Assembly: GCA_040954595.2 (NCBI GenBank)
Contig: CM082590.2
Location: forward strand, 4,278,001-4,342,000
Source: Balanoglossus misakiensis
Taxonomy: Eukaryota; Animalia; Hemichordata
Direction of reading: 5' to 3'
DNA: 64,000 nucleotides
The notes beneath the pieces were generated by a model, which saw only the letters and a list, made by a program, of their open reading frames with translations, was not told the DNA's origin and did no database searches. Both the position numbers and the translations under genes were made by a program. This document shows, one piece after another, positions 28,860 to 39,907 of this stretch (position 1 is the stretch's first letter; each line of letters opens with the position of its first letter).

Positions 28860-29655
28860 GATGGGTCCCTAGGATCTTTTTGCTCGTTGCTATGGGCCTT
28901 TATAGGACATTACACCCCGATTTGGACTAAGCCGTTTTCAGAGTCTAACAAGGGGCTGGTAACTAGTTGAAAATCTGCACGATTGTGAGCGCGCGCCCCC
29001 TGACGCCATTGATATGCAAATTAGCTAGGTCAAATTTCAAAAGCCTAAGGCTTTTTATTCCGTGACCTCAAAAACGAACTTGATACGTATTCATTAGTTG
29101 CTTGAACCAGGGAAGATCGTGACGGATTTTGTTTTCGAATATTATCGTTGTATCCTACGATTTCAGCATACCCGTACCACATCTGAAAAAGTCATCGATT
29201 TTGGGTGTTTTTGGACGCACTCTTCCACCGGTATCGCTTCTTAGCACGACGAAAACAGAAAAAAACGATCCGTCACACTGTGCGGAAGTACGTTCTCAAC
29301 AAGCAGGTCAAATTTGACTGGCGTACGTGGCCTATGAAAAAAGCCTTAGGGATTTTCGTGAACGGTACAAAATCTCTGTGTACAAAACATTGGATTTTTA
29401 GCGTTCGATCCAGTTACTGTGGTTACAGGACGCGCACGCTATCGCTGACCGCTGCTATGCCGTATTAGCGTGGCGGCCTATGGCCGGGCGGTAGCTGCCG
29501 TAAACATACTCGGACATGGGGTGTGCACACAATCGTGCAGATTTTCAACTAGTTACCAGCCCCTTGTTAGACTCTGAAAACGGCTTAGTCCAAATCGGGG
29601 TGTAATGTCCTATAAAGGCCCATAGCAACGAGCAAAAAGATCCCAGGGACCCATC
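28860..29655. mobile_element. Young Kolobok-like MITE, ~128-bp TIRs, TTAA TSD, inserted in the Academ ORF
   Basis: ttaa|gatgggtccctaggatctttttgctcgttgc... and ...gcaacgagcaaaaagatcccagggacccatc|ttaa; arms nearly perfect. Removing it restores FWDADL-KHLAGFNHKG. Confidence 0.9.
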
Positions 29656-30380
29656 TTAAGTCAGCATCCCAGAATATTTTCATGATGACTGGTTGGTAAT
29701 TTTTTAGAGTATGCCAGTCTCCGATAAAAGGCTGCAACCAGTCTAAATCTGCACCATACATGTCTTTTAACTTTATCAGGTGATGGAAAGTTTTCCCATC
29801 ACAAACCACAACCAGGTATTTTATTCTTACACCAACTCTGAATGTAACATATACAGCTTATTGATAATGTTATGGACAGTTTCAATAGAGTCTGCGTGTT
29901 CACTTGATATGCCCAAATAAATGACATATGTTAATGAGTACCGTGCGATCTGACTGTACAGACAGAATAACACACACACACATCGAGAGATTAACAGGCA
30001 AACACTGGCTGACCCATAAGCTGCCAATGGCATGTGTACTGTACACACAGCAAATGGTCTCTTTAACAGATAGCCAGTTATGTAAACATGCAGTTACCAA
30101 TCACTGTTATTATTGACAAATTGCATCCAAGTCCAGACACAGGCTTGAATACAATTTTTAAACAATAACAACATTGCTTACCCTGCTTCACCGAGCTGAA
30201 CAAGAAATGATGGTTGATAACCAGAATAATACTGAATAAAAATTCAAAAGTTACAGATACAGGACCTTTCGTTGCCCACATATTATATTACCATGGTCTG
30301 TGCGTCACATTTTAATTGGTCAAGATGAACGACATCACTGACCACAAATACCCAGTAATGGTTTGTTTACATGCCCGTTA

Positions 30381-31548
30381 GGGACCGTTCAGTTTTTACG
30401 GCTGGGGGGGGGGGGCGGCAAGTTTGAGTCATCGGTTTTCAAAATCAGGTCGACCCCCCCCCCCTTCACTCAGCACAAAAAAATGAAGACCCCCCTCTTT
30501 GACAGACCCAAAAATATGATGACCCCCCCACGCCGAAAACATTCGCCGTCCTGATCCTATGTATACACTGTATGCAATAAAGGGAATGGGGCTCCTCACC
30601 CCTAAATTATAAATTTCTTAAAGTAATTGGAGTATACAATAGTATATCATTGCAATAAAGAAATCTATGAACAAATTAAAATGACATGTCAATACAATAG
30701 TTGCCAGAATTGGTAAAACAAGAAAAGTGGCGGGGGTGGGAGGGGGTGTCCCCCTCCCACATAAGAAAATTTTGTAAAATACGGTGCTCAAAGTTGCATT
30801 TTAATGAACTCAAAAGCAAATTTAACTCAATGTTAGGGAGGACAAATGTTAATTTTGCCACTCCACTCAAAGTAAGCATGGGGGTGGTGTGGCAAGAAGT
30901 CTTCCCTGGTACACTAGACAAACCAGCGAATAAATGCAATGTGGCAAAGAATGGAGGGGTGGGTGTGGGAGGGGGTGTGCCCCTCCCACATAAGAAAATT
31001 TTGTAAAATATGTAGCTCAAAGTTGCATTTTTATGAACTCAAAAGCAAATTATCTCAATGTTTGGGAGGACCAATTTTACTTTTTGCCACTCCACTCAAA
31101 GTTAGAAGATTTGGCGTCATCTTGTCATGACATCATTTATGAAACTTCTAGTATATAGAAGATCTATGCAGCGCGAAAGTATTAGTTTTGCGAAATGGTT
31201 TAAACGATTATTCTCCTTGATGTATTTACTTTGTTGAATATTATCATCATTGGGTTTGGGGTGGCAAGCACTCTGCCCTGGTACACTAGACAAACCAGCA
31301 AAAAACGGAATGTGAGGGAGAATGACTGGGGTGGGTGTGAGAAAATTTTGTAAAATAAAGGGCGCGAAACTGCAAATTTGTGGACTCAAAAGTAAAAGTT
31401 CGGTGTCAAAAGTATGTGACCCCCCCCTAAACGTTTAAAAAAAACAGATGACCCCCCCCCCCCTTTTGGACTTCAAATTTTAAGTGCCCCCCCCCCCCCC
31501 GGATTTTGCCCCCCCCCCCCCCCCGCCCATAAAAAACTTAACGGTCCC
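30381..31548. mobile_element. PIF/Harbinger-like MITE with poly-G/poly-C subterminal tracts
   Basis: tta|gggaccgttcagttttt ... aaaaacttaacggtccc|tta; 3-bp TTA TSD; internal ~230-bp repeats. Confidence 0.85.
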
Positions 31549-31840
31549 TTAATCTGAATAGTAATATTAGCAAACAGTTCAGTGAACACAACAATTTGCA
31601 TAACACAAGTTCCGGGGCCCCTAGTCTTGTGTGTGGGACATTTTCATAACTATTGAAGGTTTTCTTGAGATTGTTGGTAATGTAATGGAAATAAATGCAG
31701 GGCTCAGGCTCTAGGAAAGCCAAATTTCATGGGCTCAGAAGCCTTGCCCATGAATTTTGGGCTTTCCCCTCGCCCTTGCCCATAAATAAACGTTAATGGT
31801 CAGGGCGTCGTGCATTATTTCTATATTGTGTTGATCTTAC

Positions 31841-31957
31841 CTGTACACTCTCCATTGACCAATCAATATTCCACGGCACAAGTGCAATAAAAAGAGCCTG
31901 CTGTATTCACACACTGGCCTTCACAAAGATCTGCTCTCTCCATATATTCATTGACAT
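31841..31957 (-). pseudogene. Degenerate cbEGF exon (phase 1-1) with in-frame TGA
   Basis: tctttgatttcag|AT GTC AAT...TGT ACA G|gtaaga; encodes (D)VNDNMERADLCEGQCVNTAGSFYCTCAVEY*LVNGECT. First Cys lost; TGA at 31863-31865. Confidence 0.85.
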
Positions 31958-33125
31958 CTGAAATCAAAGATAGTTATTATTATTTATTTATTTTATTATT
32001 ATTTATTTCCTAACGATTGTAATACACATACATCTTCTACAGAAAATAATAAAATTAGAAAACAAGTGAAAGCTTAAAGGATAAAAAATTACACTTAAAA
32101 ACCCAAAACAAACAGAAACAGTTCTGAAAGACAATCCCTATAAACCAAAAAAGCAATGGAATGAAATAGAGCTAAATAAAAAGACGAGTCTTTAAACCCC
32201 TTTGAAAACTGTCAATAGATCCAGCATTGTGGATAGAAGGTGCACAAACACTGAATCCTATTTAGCCATATGCCTTGTCAGTGTTCGAAATTCATAGGAA
32301 ATATCAAGCAGTCATTGTTTCTTTTAATTGCAATACATGAACCTGGGAAAGTCTAAAAGATGCCATGATACCACTAGTCAACTCCCACGCTAAATTCAAC
32401 CTGTCTGTCGGACTGGTAACATTTTATTTTTACCAGTCCTACAGAAAAACAACCAGTCTCGGACTGTCGGACAGGCTTTATTTCGTACACTGGCCTTGTT
32501 AAGTTTTGAAATGCTCATTCATGGTGATGAGTTATCAAGAATATACCCGTTAAAAATTACTGTACCCTCAGAGAAGCATTTTGTAATGTCTTTAAAATGA
32601 GATGAAAACTATATGAATTTTCTAAGTGTATATTTATTCTTTGCAGAGGTAATTTATTTAGCTATAGGTTGATAATTTATGTTAATTTGATTGAGTTATG
32701 CAAATAAGTAGTGAAAATACTTGTGCATGAATATATCAGACAGTCTTATAGTATCGTGTGAGGTTGATGACACATATTCTTAACCACATATTTCTTGATC
32801 AATTAATTGGTTTTAAACTAAAGTCCTCAATATCCAGGGCAATCTCTTCCTAGGAGTTTTAACACTCTCTATCATTCTCATTTTAACAAAATCCCCTGAA
32901 ACTCGTGTACCCTGTCAGCAAAACCTTTTTTTTAAAATACAGATTACTTTTTCTCCCTTGCAAACAAATTTTCAAAGATAAGTTTTCACATTTGTTAATT
33001 TGTTTATATTATGCATAATTATAATTGGAAAAATTCTGAGATACAATTTCAACAAACATGTGTTTAGTACGAGTGTGCGGTTGATTTCAAATTTTAAAAT
33101 GTGTGCAATGGACAGACAGGATGTG

Positions 33126-33710
33126 TGTTTAGCTGATTGTAACCATAGCAATATACAATCCCCAAACAGTGTAGCCACAGAAGAGACCAATGTTTAGCTG
33201 ATTGTAACCATAGCAATATACAATCCCCAAACAATGTAGCCACAGAAGAGACCAATGTTTAGCTGATTGTAACCATAGCAATATACAATCCCCAAACAGT
33301 GTAGCCACAGAAGAGACCAATGTTTAGCTGATTGTAACCATAGCAATATACAATCCCCAAACAGTGTAGCCACAGAAGAGACCAATGTTTAGCTGATTGT
33401 AACCATAGCAATATACAATCCCCAAACAGTGTAGCCACAGAAGAGACCAATGTTTAGCTGATTGTAACCATAGCAATATACAATCCCCAAACAGTGTAGC
33501 CACAGAAGAGACCAATGTTTAGCTGATTGTAACCATAGCAATATACAATCCCCAAACAGTGTAGCCACAGAAGAGACCAATGTTTAGCTGATTGTAACCA
33601 TAGCAATATACAATCCCCAAACAATGTAGCCACAGAAGAGACCAATGTTTAGCTGATTGTAACCATAGCAATATACAATCCCCAAACAATGTAGCCACAG
33701 AAGAGACTAA
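33126..33710. repeat. 65-bp minisatellite, 9 near-identical copies
   Basis: Unit tgtttagctgattgtaaccatagcaatatacaatccccaaacaRtgtagccacagaagagaccaa with period 65. Confidence 0.97.
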
Positions 33711-33730
33711 CAGAGACCACAGTTACATAC

Positions 33731-33853
33731 CGGCACATGCATGGCCATCTTCCAGCAGATAGAATCCTGGTCTGCAAGCGCAGAGATAACTACCATGGGT
33801 ATTCTGACAATAGTGTTGACATGCATTTCCACCACTGTGACATTCATTCATAT
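33731..33853 (-). CDS. Intact cbEGF exon (phase 1-1), fibulin/fibrillin-type
   Basis: ttcttaccctccag|AT ATG AAT GAA TGT...TGT GCC G|gtatgt; encodes (D)MNECHSGGNACQHYCQNTHGSYLCACRPGFYLLEDGHACA with all six Cys. Confidence 0.9.
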
Positions 33854-34103
33854 CTGGAGGGTAAGAAGAAATTAGAAATTATTTACAAGCATTGAATTCA
33901 ATTTAATTCCTTGGATTAAAAATACAGAAAAAATAGCCAACAGCTACTACAGCTAACTTAGCAAAAATGTCAACAAAATTTTACAATGACACTGGCGTAC
34001 TCTGCCACTGATATGAGAATATAAGAAAGGGAACTTGAATATTTTTTCCTCGGTATAATCAAATTAACAGTAAATGACTGCCATGGCAACATAACAGATG
34101 TTA

Positions 34104-35256
34104 CAGTCAAACCCGTGTTAGTTGCCACCTCTATGTATTGGCTACTCTGTTACAGTCCATATACATTGTGTTATGTATTGGTATTTACTGTTATGTATAA
34201 ATTTGCTGTGTATGAGGCTGAACGAGTGAGCATGCGCAGTTAGCAATAAAAAACAGCATGGCTGTCTAGTTTGTACACACGTGCCCTCTGACATCAAATC
34301 TCTCTGGTATAAGCCCACAATAATATAGCAATATATTACACATTGCACATTAACCCTCAAAGCGCCGCGTCGGTGTATAGACCGACAGGTACTTCCGCCT
34401 TGTCTGGCCATGTCGGTGTATATGACTGTACGTTGTCGGTGTATACACCGACATGGCCAGACAATGCGGAAGTACCTGTCAGTCTATACACCGACAACGT
34501 ACAGTTGTCAATCACATGAAAATAGGCGAGGCTTATCTGTAGTTCGTGCCATATATGGTGAAAATAATGACGTACTCGGGTCGTAGATGAATGAAACTCA
34601 TTATAAATTAATTTATTCTGGGCGGGAAATGATGTCAGTCGAACGTTCAAGAGAAAAACGATCGTGTTATCGACATGACCTAATTACGTGACCTTTGACA
34701 GTATGCGTCCTTCCTTCACTTTGTAAACCCGGAAGACAGCACATTTTTCACTGGACATTTTCATGACAGCGACTTCATCAATGATTACGATTTTTGGGGG
34801 TTTCATTGACTACAATTTTATACCGATCAAGGCCATTAGTAATCCTGACCGTGACAACAACTTTGGAGCCGATGTCGAGAGCGGGTGGTCGCGCGCGCGA
34901 TCGCCGGACCCAGCCAACTGCATTGAGCTGTGGACGCGATGTACGCGCACGGTCGCCGTCAGTCGAACGCGCGCGACCGTGTTTTCGACAGTGTGTCTAC
35001 ATACTTATATTTATACCTTTGTATCTTAAAATGTCATTCCTTTGACTTTTGTTTGAAATTCTGTGAAGTTAGAGCATAATATTTTGGGACATCGAGATTT
35101 TGTTGTTACTTGCAAAAAGTCCTGGGCCTGGGGGGTCGTGTACCTTAGAATTTTAAAGCACTTTAAGGGTTAATTGACCAGTCTATATAAGCCACCTGTC
35201 TATGGATGCCAGTTTAAGAAAGTCCCTTGACTGGCCAGTATAGACAGGTTTGACTG
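34104..35256. mobile_element. pogo-like MITE split by nested insertion(s)
   Basis: ta|cagtcaaacccgtg ... gacaggtttgactg|ta. Confidence 0.65.
34354..35169. mobile_element. piggyBac-like non-autonomous element
   Basis: ttaa|ccctcaaagcgc ... gcactttaaggg|ttaa (CCC/GGG ends, TTAA TSD); internal palindrome at ~34370-34496. Confidence 0.8.
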
Positions 35257-35263
35257 TACCTAC

Positions 35264-35447
35264 CTCTTTGTGGCTGTGAATCTGTACCTGGCCATCTCTC
35301 CTGTGGCTGTGAGTTGATAGAATTCACAGCAGCAATTGGTGGCATCTTACTGAACTGACTAGCATTTGCCATTTGCATGACACCCTCTGCGGCTTTCAGT
35401 GCAGAAGCTGGTGCCTGCTGGGAAGTCATCTTTGGAGGTGAAGTTGC
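35264..35447 (-). CDS. S/P/Q/A-rich exon (phase 0-1)
   Basis: tctttttggacag|GCA ACT TCA CCT...CAA AGA G|gtaggt; encodes ATSPPKMTSQQAPASALKAAEGVMQMANASQFSKMPPIAAVNSINSQPQERWPGTDSQPQR. An alternative phase-1 donor exists near 35287. Confidence 0.65.
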
Positions 35448-35872
35448 CTGTCCAAAAAGATTAACAAACCTAGTTAATATGGAGCATTATCAAGGCCAGT
35501 ATTCAAAACCCCATTTTTAATTCATGACTGCAATTTTTGATTCGATGTTGAGCTTGCAACTCTCAAAGTCCTATTTTCAACACACATTTGGATGGGATTG
35601 AGTTTTAGGGCTTAGCAACATTAATCACATTAAAAATTGAATTTGATTACTGAGTCTGTGGCATTATCCAAAAAAGTCTTAGCATTTACAGAGTGGGCTT
35701 CTAGCAACCAAAACAGAAGTTTTGAATGTGTTTTGAAACAATAGTTTACTGTATAGGTAATGGTAAGACAAGGCTACGTGAAACAGTCAAAAAAAGCTTT
35801 CAATTCACAGGATGGATAACTAGAAACAGCTAATTTTAATCTAATAAAGTAGAAGGTAGACCACAACTGTAC

Positions 35873-36135
35873 CTGGGTGGACGAAAATTGTGTCATGGGG
35901 ATACTTGAAACAGTCACATTGGGTTGTTGTGTCCTGTTTGCTGTGACAGCGGATACTGGTTGGTTGGGTAAACTGGTAGGCTGACCAAAAGGCATTGATG
36001 ACCTTTGACCTTGGCCCTGCATCTGGGGCTGACTTGGTTGAGTCAATTACTGTTGAAAGGATGGCAGTTGTTTTGGAGACTGACTTCCAATTTGACTTGG
36101 TTGTTCAGGTGACAGATGACTTGTTGGTGCGGCAC
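35873..36135 (-). pseudogene. Q/P/S-rich exon (phase 1-0) with in-frame TAA
   Basis: tctttaactgcag|GT GCC GCA...ACC CAG|gtacag; encodes AAPTSHLSPEQPSQIGSQSPKQLPSFQQ*LTQPSQPQMQGQGQRSSMPFGQ...FSSTQ. TAA at 36047-36049. Confidence 0.7.
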
Positions 36136-36409
36136 CTGCAGTTAAAGATCTAGTTGATTTATTTATATACTGTAAAACGGGAAATTTCTGTGACAGGAAA
36201 TGTTTGCAATATCAATAGAGACAACTGTTATGCTACACTTAAATTTTGCTTTCTTATATTTCACTAACTGCACCAATATCCCTGAAAAACATTTTTACAT
36301 GACTTTTTATTTTCGCGTTTTTTTATGGCTCTCGGGAAGTTCGCAAAAATTTCTCATTTTCCAGTAATTCATCTACCGCAAACAGAGAAAGTATGTCCAC
36401 TTAGGATAG

Positions 36410-36595
36410 AATGACTGCAACAGGTGCAAATCACCTATACAAAGTCAGTTCCTCCAAAACAATGAAAAGTAAAGTGCCTTGCTCAAGGGCACAATATCGC
36501 GGTCATGAAGTCACCATCCTCAGATAGAAAATCCACGGCCATGTCCACGTCTGGTTCTTGAACCCACAACCCTGTGCCCTCACCACAAGGCCATG
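36410..36595 (-). mobile_element. tRNA-derived SINE remnant
   Basis: Minus strand shows A-box-like tggccttgtggt, B-box-like gggttcaaga, then tgtgcccttgagcaaggcacttt, a segment resembling conserved SINE central domains. Confidence 0.6.
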
Positions 36596-37624
36596 ATGTC
36601 TCCTCAAACTCTCCTCAAAAGTCTCCTAGTTTAGTCTAATCATTGTTAGAAATACTTTCTGCTTTGACCTTTTACATGAAGGATTTGATGCATACACACA
36701 GGCCAGTTGACAAGGAAAGCCTCTCAACATTGGTAAAACTGCATAATAATGATACATTGTAATTGAATATATTTGTGAACAAAAACAATCATGGCCTTTA
36801 CACTATTAGCTACAACATCTAACCCTCAAACCAATCTGATGAAAATATTTTTTGACCCAAAAATGGAGTAGAACAATTTGCATCTTTTATAGAACAGAAA
36901 AACAACATTTCATAAAAACAATGAAAGTGTCCTTTTGATATCCTATGGCAAAATCTTTTCTTGGTCCCATCAAAGTAATAACTGCCTTTTTTATTTGAAA
37001 ATTTGACAAAAAAGCCAGAGCGAATAATAATATGTGATGTGTAATAAATATTAATAAATATATTACTACCATTTTATGGAAGTACCCATTTAGAGTAATG
37101 AAAACTTTAACAAACCACAAAAAAGGTTTTGTACATCACCACAATAGGATGAATTGGTTGTAAATGGCCATGTAAACATGTTGTATATTTGTCCTGTGAA
37201 CTTTAGAATCTGGATTGTATGATTTCAAATATTTGCTCAGCAACAGATACCCAAGCCGTCACGCAGTTACACCCATTGGAAAATGGTATCACCCACACCA
37301 AGGTGGATGGAAGTTGGTCCTGGCGCTTTTTTTCCCATGATTCAAATTACAGTTAAGGCCATATTATAAATTCTGCCAACTTTCCCTCGATTTTGTAAAA
37401 TACCTGACAACTTATACTTGACGAATATGTTTTTTTTTCTGAAAGAGTGACCTCAAAATTACCAAATTATGTAGAAATCAGCTGGACCGGATTTCCCCTT
37501 TGAAAACAGTAAAACACAGGTGCAAGCTTTCTTTTATTGTGGGTATGGCAGAGAAAGCTTTTGACTACTGTCAAAATTCTCTGGCAAACACAGAAGGATT
37601 ATGAAACTGAAAATGTTGATAATA

Positions 37625-38151
37625 CAGTGAAACCTGTCAATACAGACATCTCTCTAATCAGAACACATTGTTCAAGACAAAAGTAATGGCTTGAATAGAA
37701 TATTACATGCACATTTCTATTAAGGACACCTCTCTTTTAAAGGGACAAAGTCTCTCTCTCGCTGCCCTTTTTTCCATTAATAATGTTTGATACAAGACAC
37801 TGTTTATGTTAATGTACATGTGTATATGTAGTGAATGAACATTCAACCATACACAACTTCCATCCCGCGTGTATGATATGGGAGTAAAAACTCACCCAAA
37901 ACGAATAAATGGTAGAGAATGATTATTTATTTTGGCAAGTTTTTTTTTACTCTCATGTCCACAAGCAGGATGGACTTTGTGTGTGGTTGAATGTTGATTC
38001 ACTATATATCCACATGTAGAATAACATAAATGGTGTCTTGTATCAAATAAAATTAATGGAATAAGGGGCAGCGAGCGTGAGAGAGAGCCTGTATCCCTTA
38101 AAGGACATGTTGTGTGATCCCAGAGGTGCCCTTACTAGGCAGGTTTCAATG
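37625..38151. mobile_element. pogo-like MITE containing a nested Kolobok-like MITE (37741-38098)
   Basis: Outer element ta|cagtgaaacctg...caggtttcaatg|ta. Inner element ttaa|agggacaaagtctctctctcgc...gagagagcctgtatccct, the same family as 45115-45460. Confidence 0.8.
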
Positions 38152-38381
38152 TACTTCACACGTCAGTTGTACTTTACTGTCGGTATGGAATCATTTCCTG
38201 GTTGACATGGTGAGCTTTACATAAACAGATAAACCAACTCATAAAGTGGGGCCCATAATTAGAGAATGATCTTTAACCTCACAATTTTACCATAATTACC
38301 TTGAATATCGCAAAGTCTTCATATCGTCAAATAACTGCAATGCAGTACACAGACCTTCAGAAATCATACTGTATTTCTCAC

Positions 38382-38398
38382 CTGCTCCTGACAACAAT
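38382..38398 (-). CDS. Candidate 17-nt micro-exon
   Basis: gttctgtgctgtatttcag|ATTGTTGTCAGGAGCAG|gtgaga; can join exon 35873-36135 in frame (LLSGA-G-AAP). Confidence 0.45.
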
Positions 38399-38562
38399 CT
38401 GAAATACAGCACAGAACAATCATTTAACAAAAGGTGTATGTAAACAATGTCTACTCCGATTGTAGACAGATTTGATTAAACATTTTATGAAAAATTTAAA
38501 GGTAGGAACCTCTAATAAAAGCAAGTGAGTCAAAGGACATAACTGAGACTTTGTCCCTTTAA

Positions 38563-38648
38563 CCCTTTCACTCCCAGTTCCTTCTATACAGGTCGAACCT
38601 TTTCATAGAAAAACAATGGGCTTAGACTGAACATTGGTTGTGAACGGG
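38563..38648. mobile_element. Tiny piggyBac-like MITE
   Basis: ttaa|ccctttcac ... gtgaacggg|ttaa; a related fragment lies at ~19170-19226. Confidence 0.65.
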
Positions 38649-38698
38649 TTAATTGGCTTCAATAATTAGTGTTCTTTAAAATAAAAGGGTGTTACTTA

Positions 38699-38810
38699 AG
38701 GGTTATTACACAAAGTTTGGTTGATAACGCGTCATATTTGAGTGATGTCCGTATTATGGGCATCACGAGGATGCGTCACGTTATCGACCAAACTTAGTGT
38801 AATAACCCCT
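38699..38810. repeat. Hairpin (palindromic) element
   Basis: gggttattacacaaagtttggttgataacg ... cgttatcgaccaaacttagtgtaataaccc. Confidence 0.75.
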
Positions 38811-38991
38811 TTATCATACATTAACAGCAGCCCATTGCCAAGTGTGACAGGGCGATGCGGTCAGGCGATCAACATATAGGCCCTAGTATCATTCTAAGAG
38901 GGTTGGCAGCTTTCATTATGATGGGGCATGTGATTCAGGTCCCCCCAATCTACTAGCTATATCGTTTATATGCCTTAAAGAATTAATTAAT

Positions 38992-38997
38992 ATGACT

Positions 38998-39029
<32 letters not shown>

Positions 39030-39123
39030 GACTGACTGAATGAATGAATGAATGAATGAATGAATGAATGAATGAATGAATGAATGCATCAATCAATCAA
39101 TGACTCAATCAATCAATCAATCA
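38992..39123. repeat. Compound tetranucleotide microsatellite (TGAC)n(TGAA)n(TCAA)n
   Basis: Directly visible in the sequence. Confidence 0.95.
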
Positions 39124-39907
39124 CCCAGACATGGCCTGGAAGGATTCACCCCCTGTTGAGATGTTGGCAGCCCCTAGCAAATTGTCACGGGTGGGGTGGT
39201 CAGTGGCCCTTAAAATGATTTCACTCACATGATAGAGATATTAAAGGCACATGAGCTGCAACTGGAAAAAAAATAAAGTTTTAAATAATCTCATATATGC
39301 TTTTAATCATGTCTATTAAATGATATTTCATGATAATATATCAAGCTCAACACTTATTTATGACAAAATGGCCAAAAATTGAAGAAAAACGAAAATTCCT
39401 GCATTTTTTAAAAAAAGTGCAATATTGGAAAGAAAAAGGAAAATGTAATGTCTCAGCGGTGTACATTTACTTCCATGAGCTCAACACGAAGATATTTGAC
39501 AGTCAATCAATAAATATGATATATGTATAAGTTACATGTACAAAACTAGACACATGTATGTATGTGATATTTAAAGGGACATTAACTGTAACACATGTTC
39601 TACCCAGAACTCCACTTGTCAACATAACCTGTATGTGTGTAACGGCTATAGAAATGAATTATAGTCCAGACTTGAATTCAAATATAGAAAAACAATACTG
39701 GCTAGACACACCTATATTCCATCATGATTCAGGGATCTGAAGAAGACACTGCAGTAAATACTTAAAACAAAAATACTTAAAACAAAGTGAAAAGTTACAG
39801 CTAATGAAGTTTGAAATATGTTCAGACACAAATAGAACAGGCAATGAAGACACAAGATAAACATTGAGAAAAATTACCCAAAGTTACATGTACTACCGGT
39901 ATCTATG

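Larger units (their letters stand above)
24829..29924 (-). pseudogene. Academ transposase/XPG-nuclease/Cys-finger pseudogene, split by frameshifts, stops and insertions
   Basis: Motifs in order: VIYLGISSEHADSIET, VCDGKTF, FIGDWHTLKNYQ, TFKFW...AIRSGNWNLR...FHAYDR..Y, VALDEAHEMCVNKDVK, then XPG/FEN1-like CHEEADSR, SPDTD, TGCDY, then KGCGCK...CCKC...CGPACRCNDCSN and an acidic tail. Confidence 0.8.
23151..29957 (-). mobile_element. Decayed, 5'-deleted Academ (AcademX-type) DNA transposon bounded by 33-bp inverted repeats
   Basis: acagtcagatcgcacggtgctcatttgcatatg (23151-23183) matches the reverse complement of 29925-29957 at 30/33. The repeats enclose collinear transposase, XPG-like and Cys-rich coding remnants. 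Confidence 0.75.

Noticed and set aside
33126-33710. CRISPR-like regular array
   Set aside because: Whole 65-bp units are essentially identical with no unique spacers, there are no cas genes, and the context is a eukaryotic intron.
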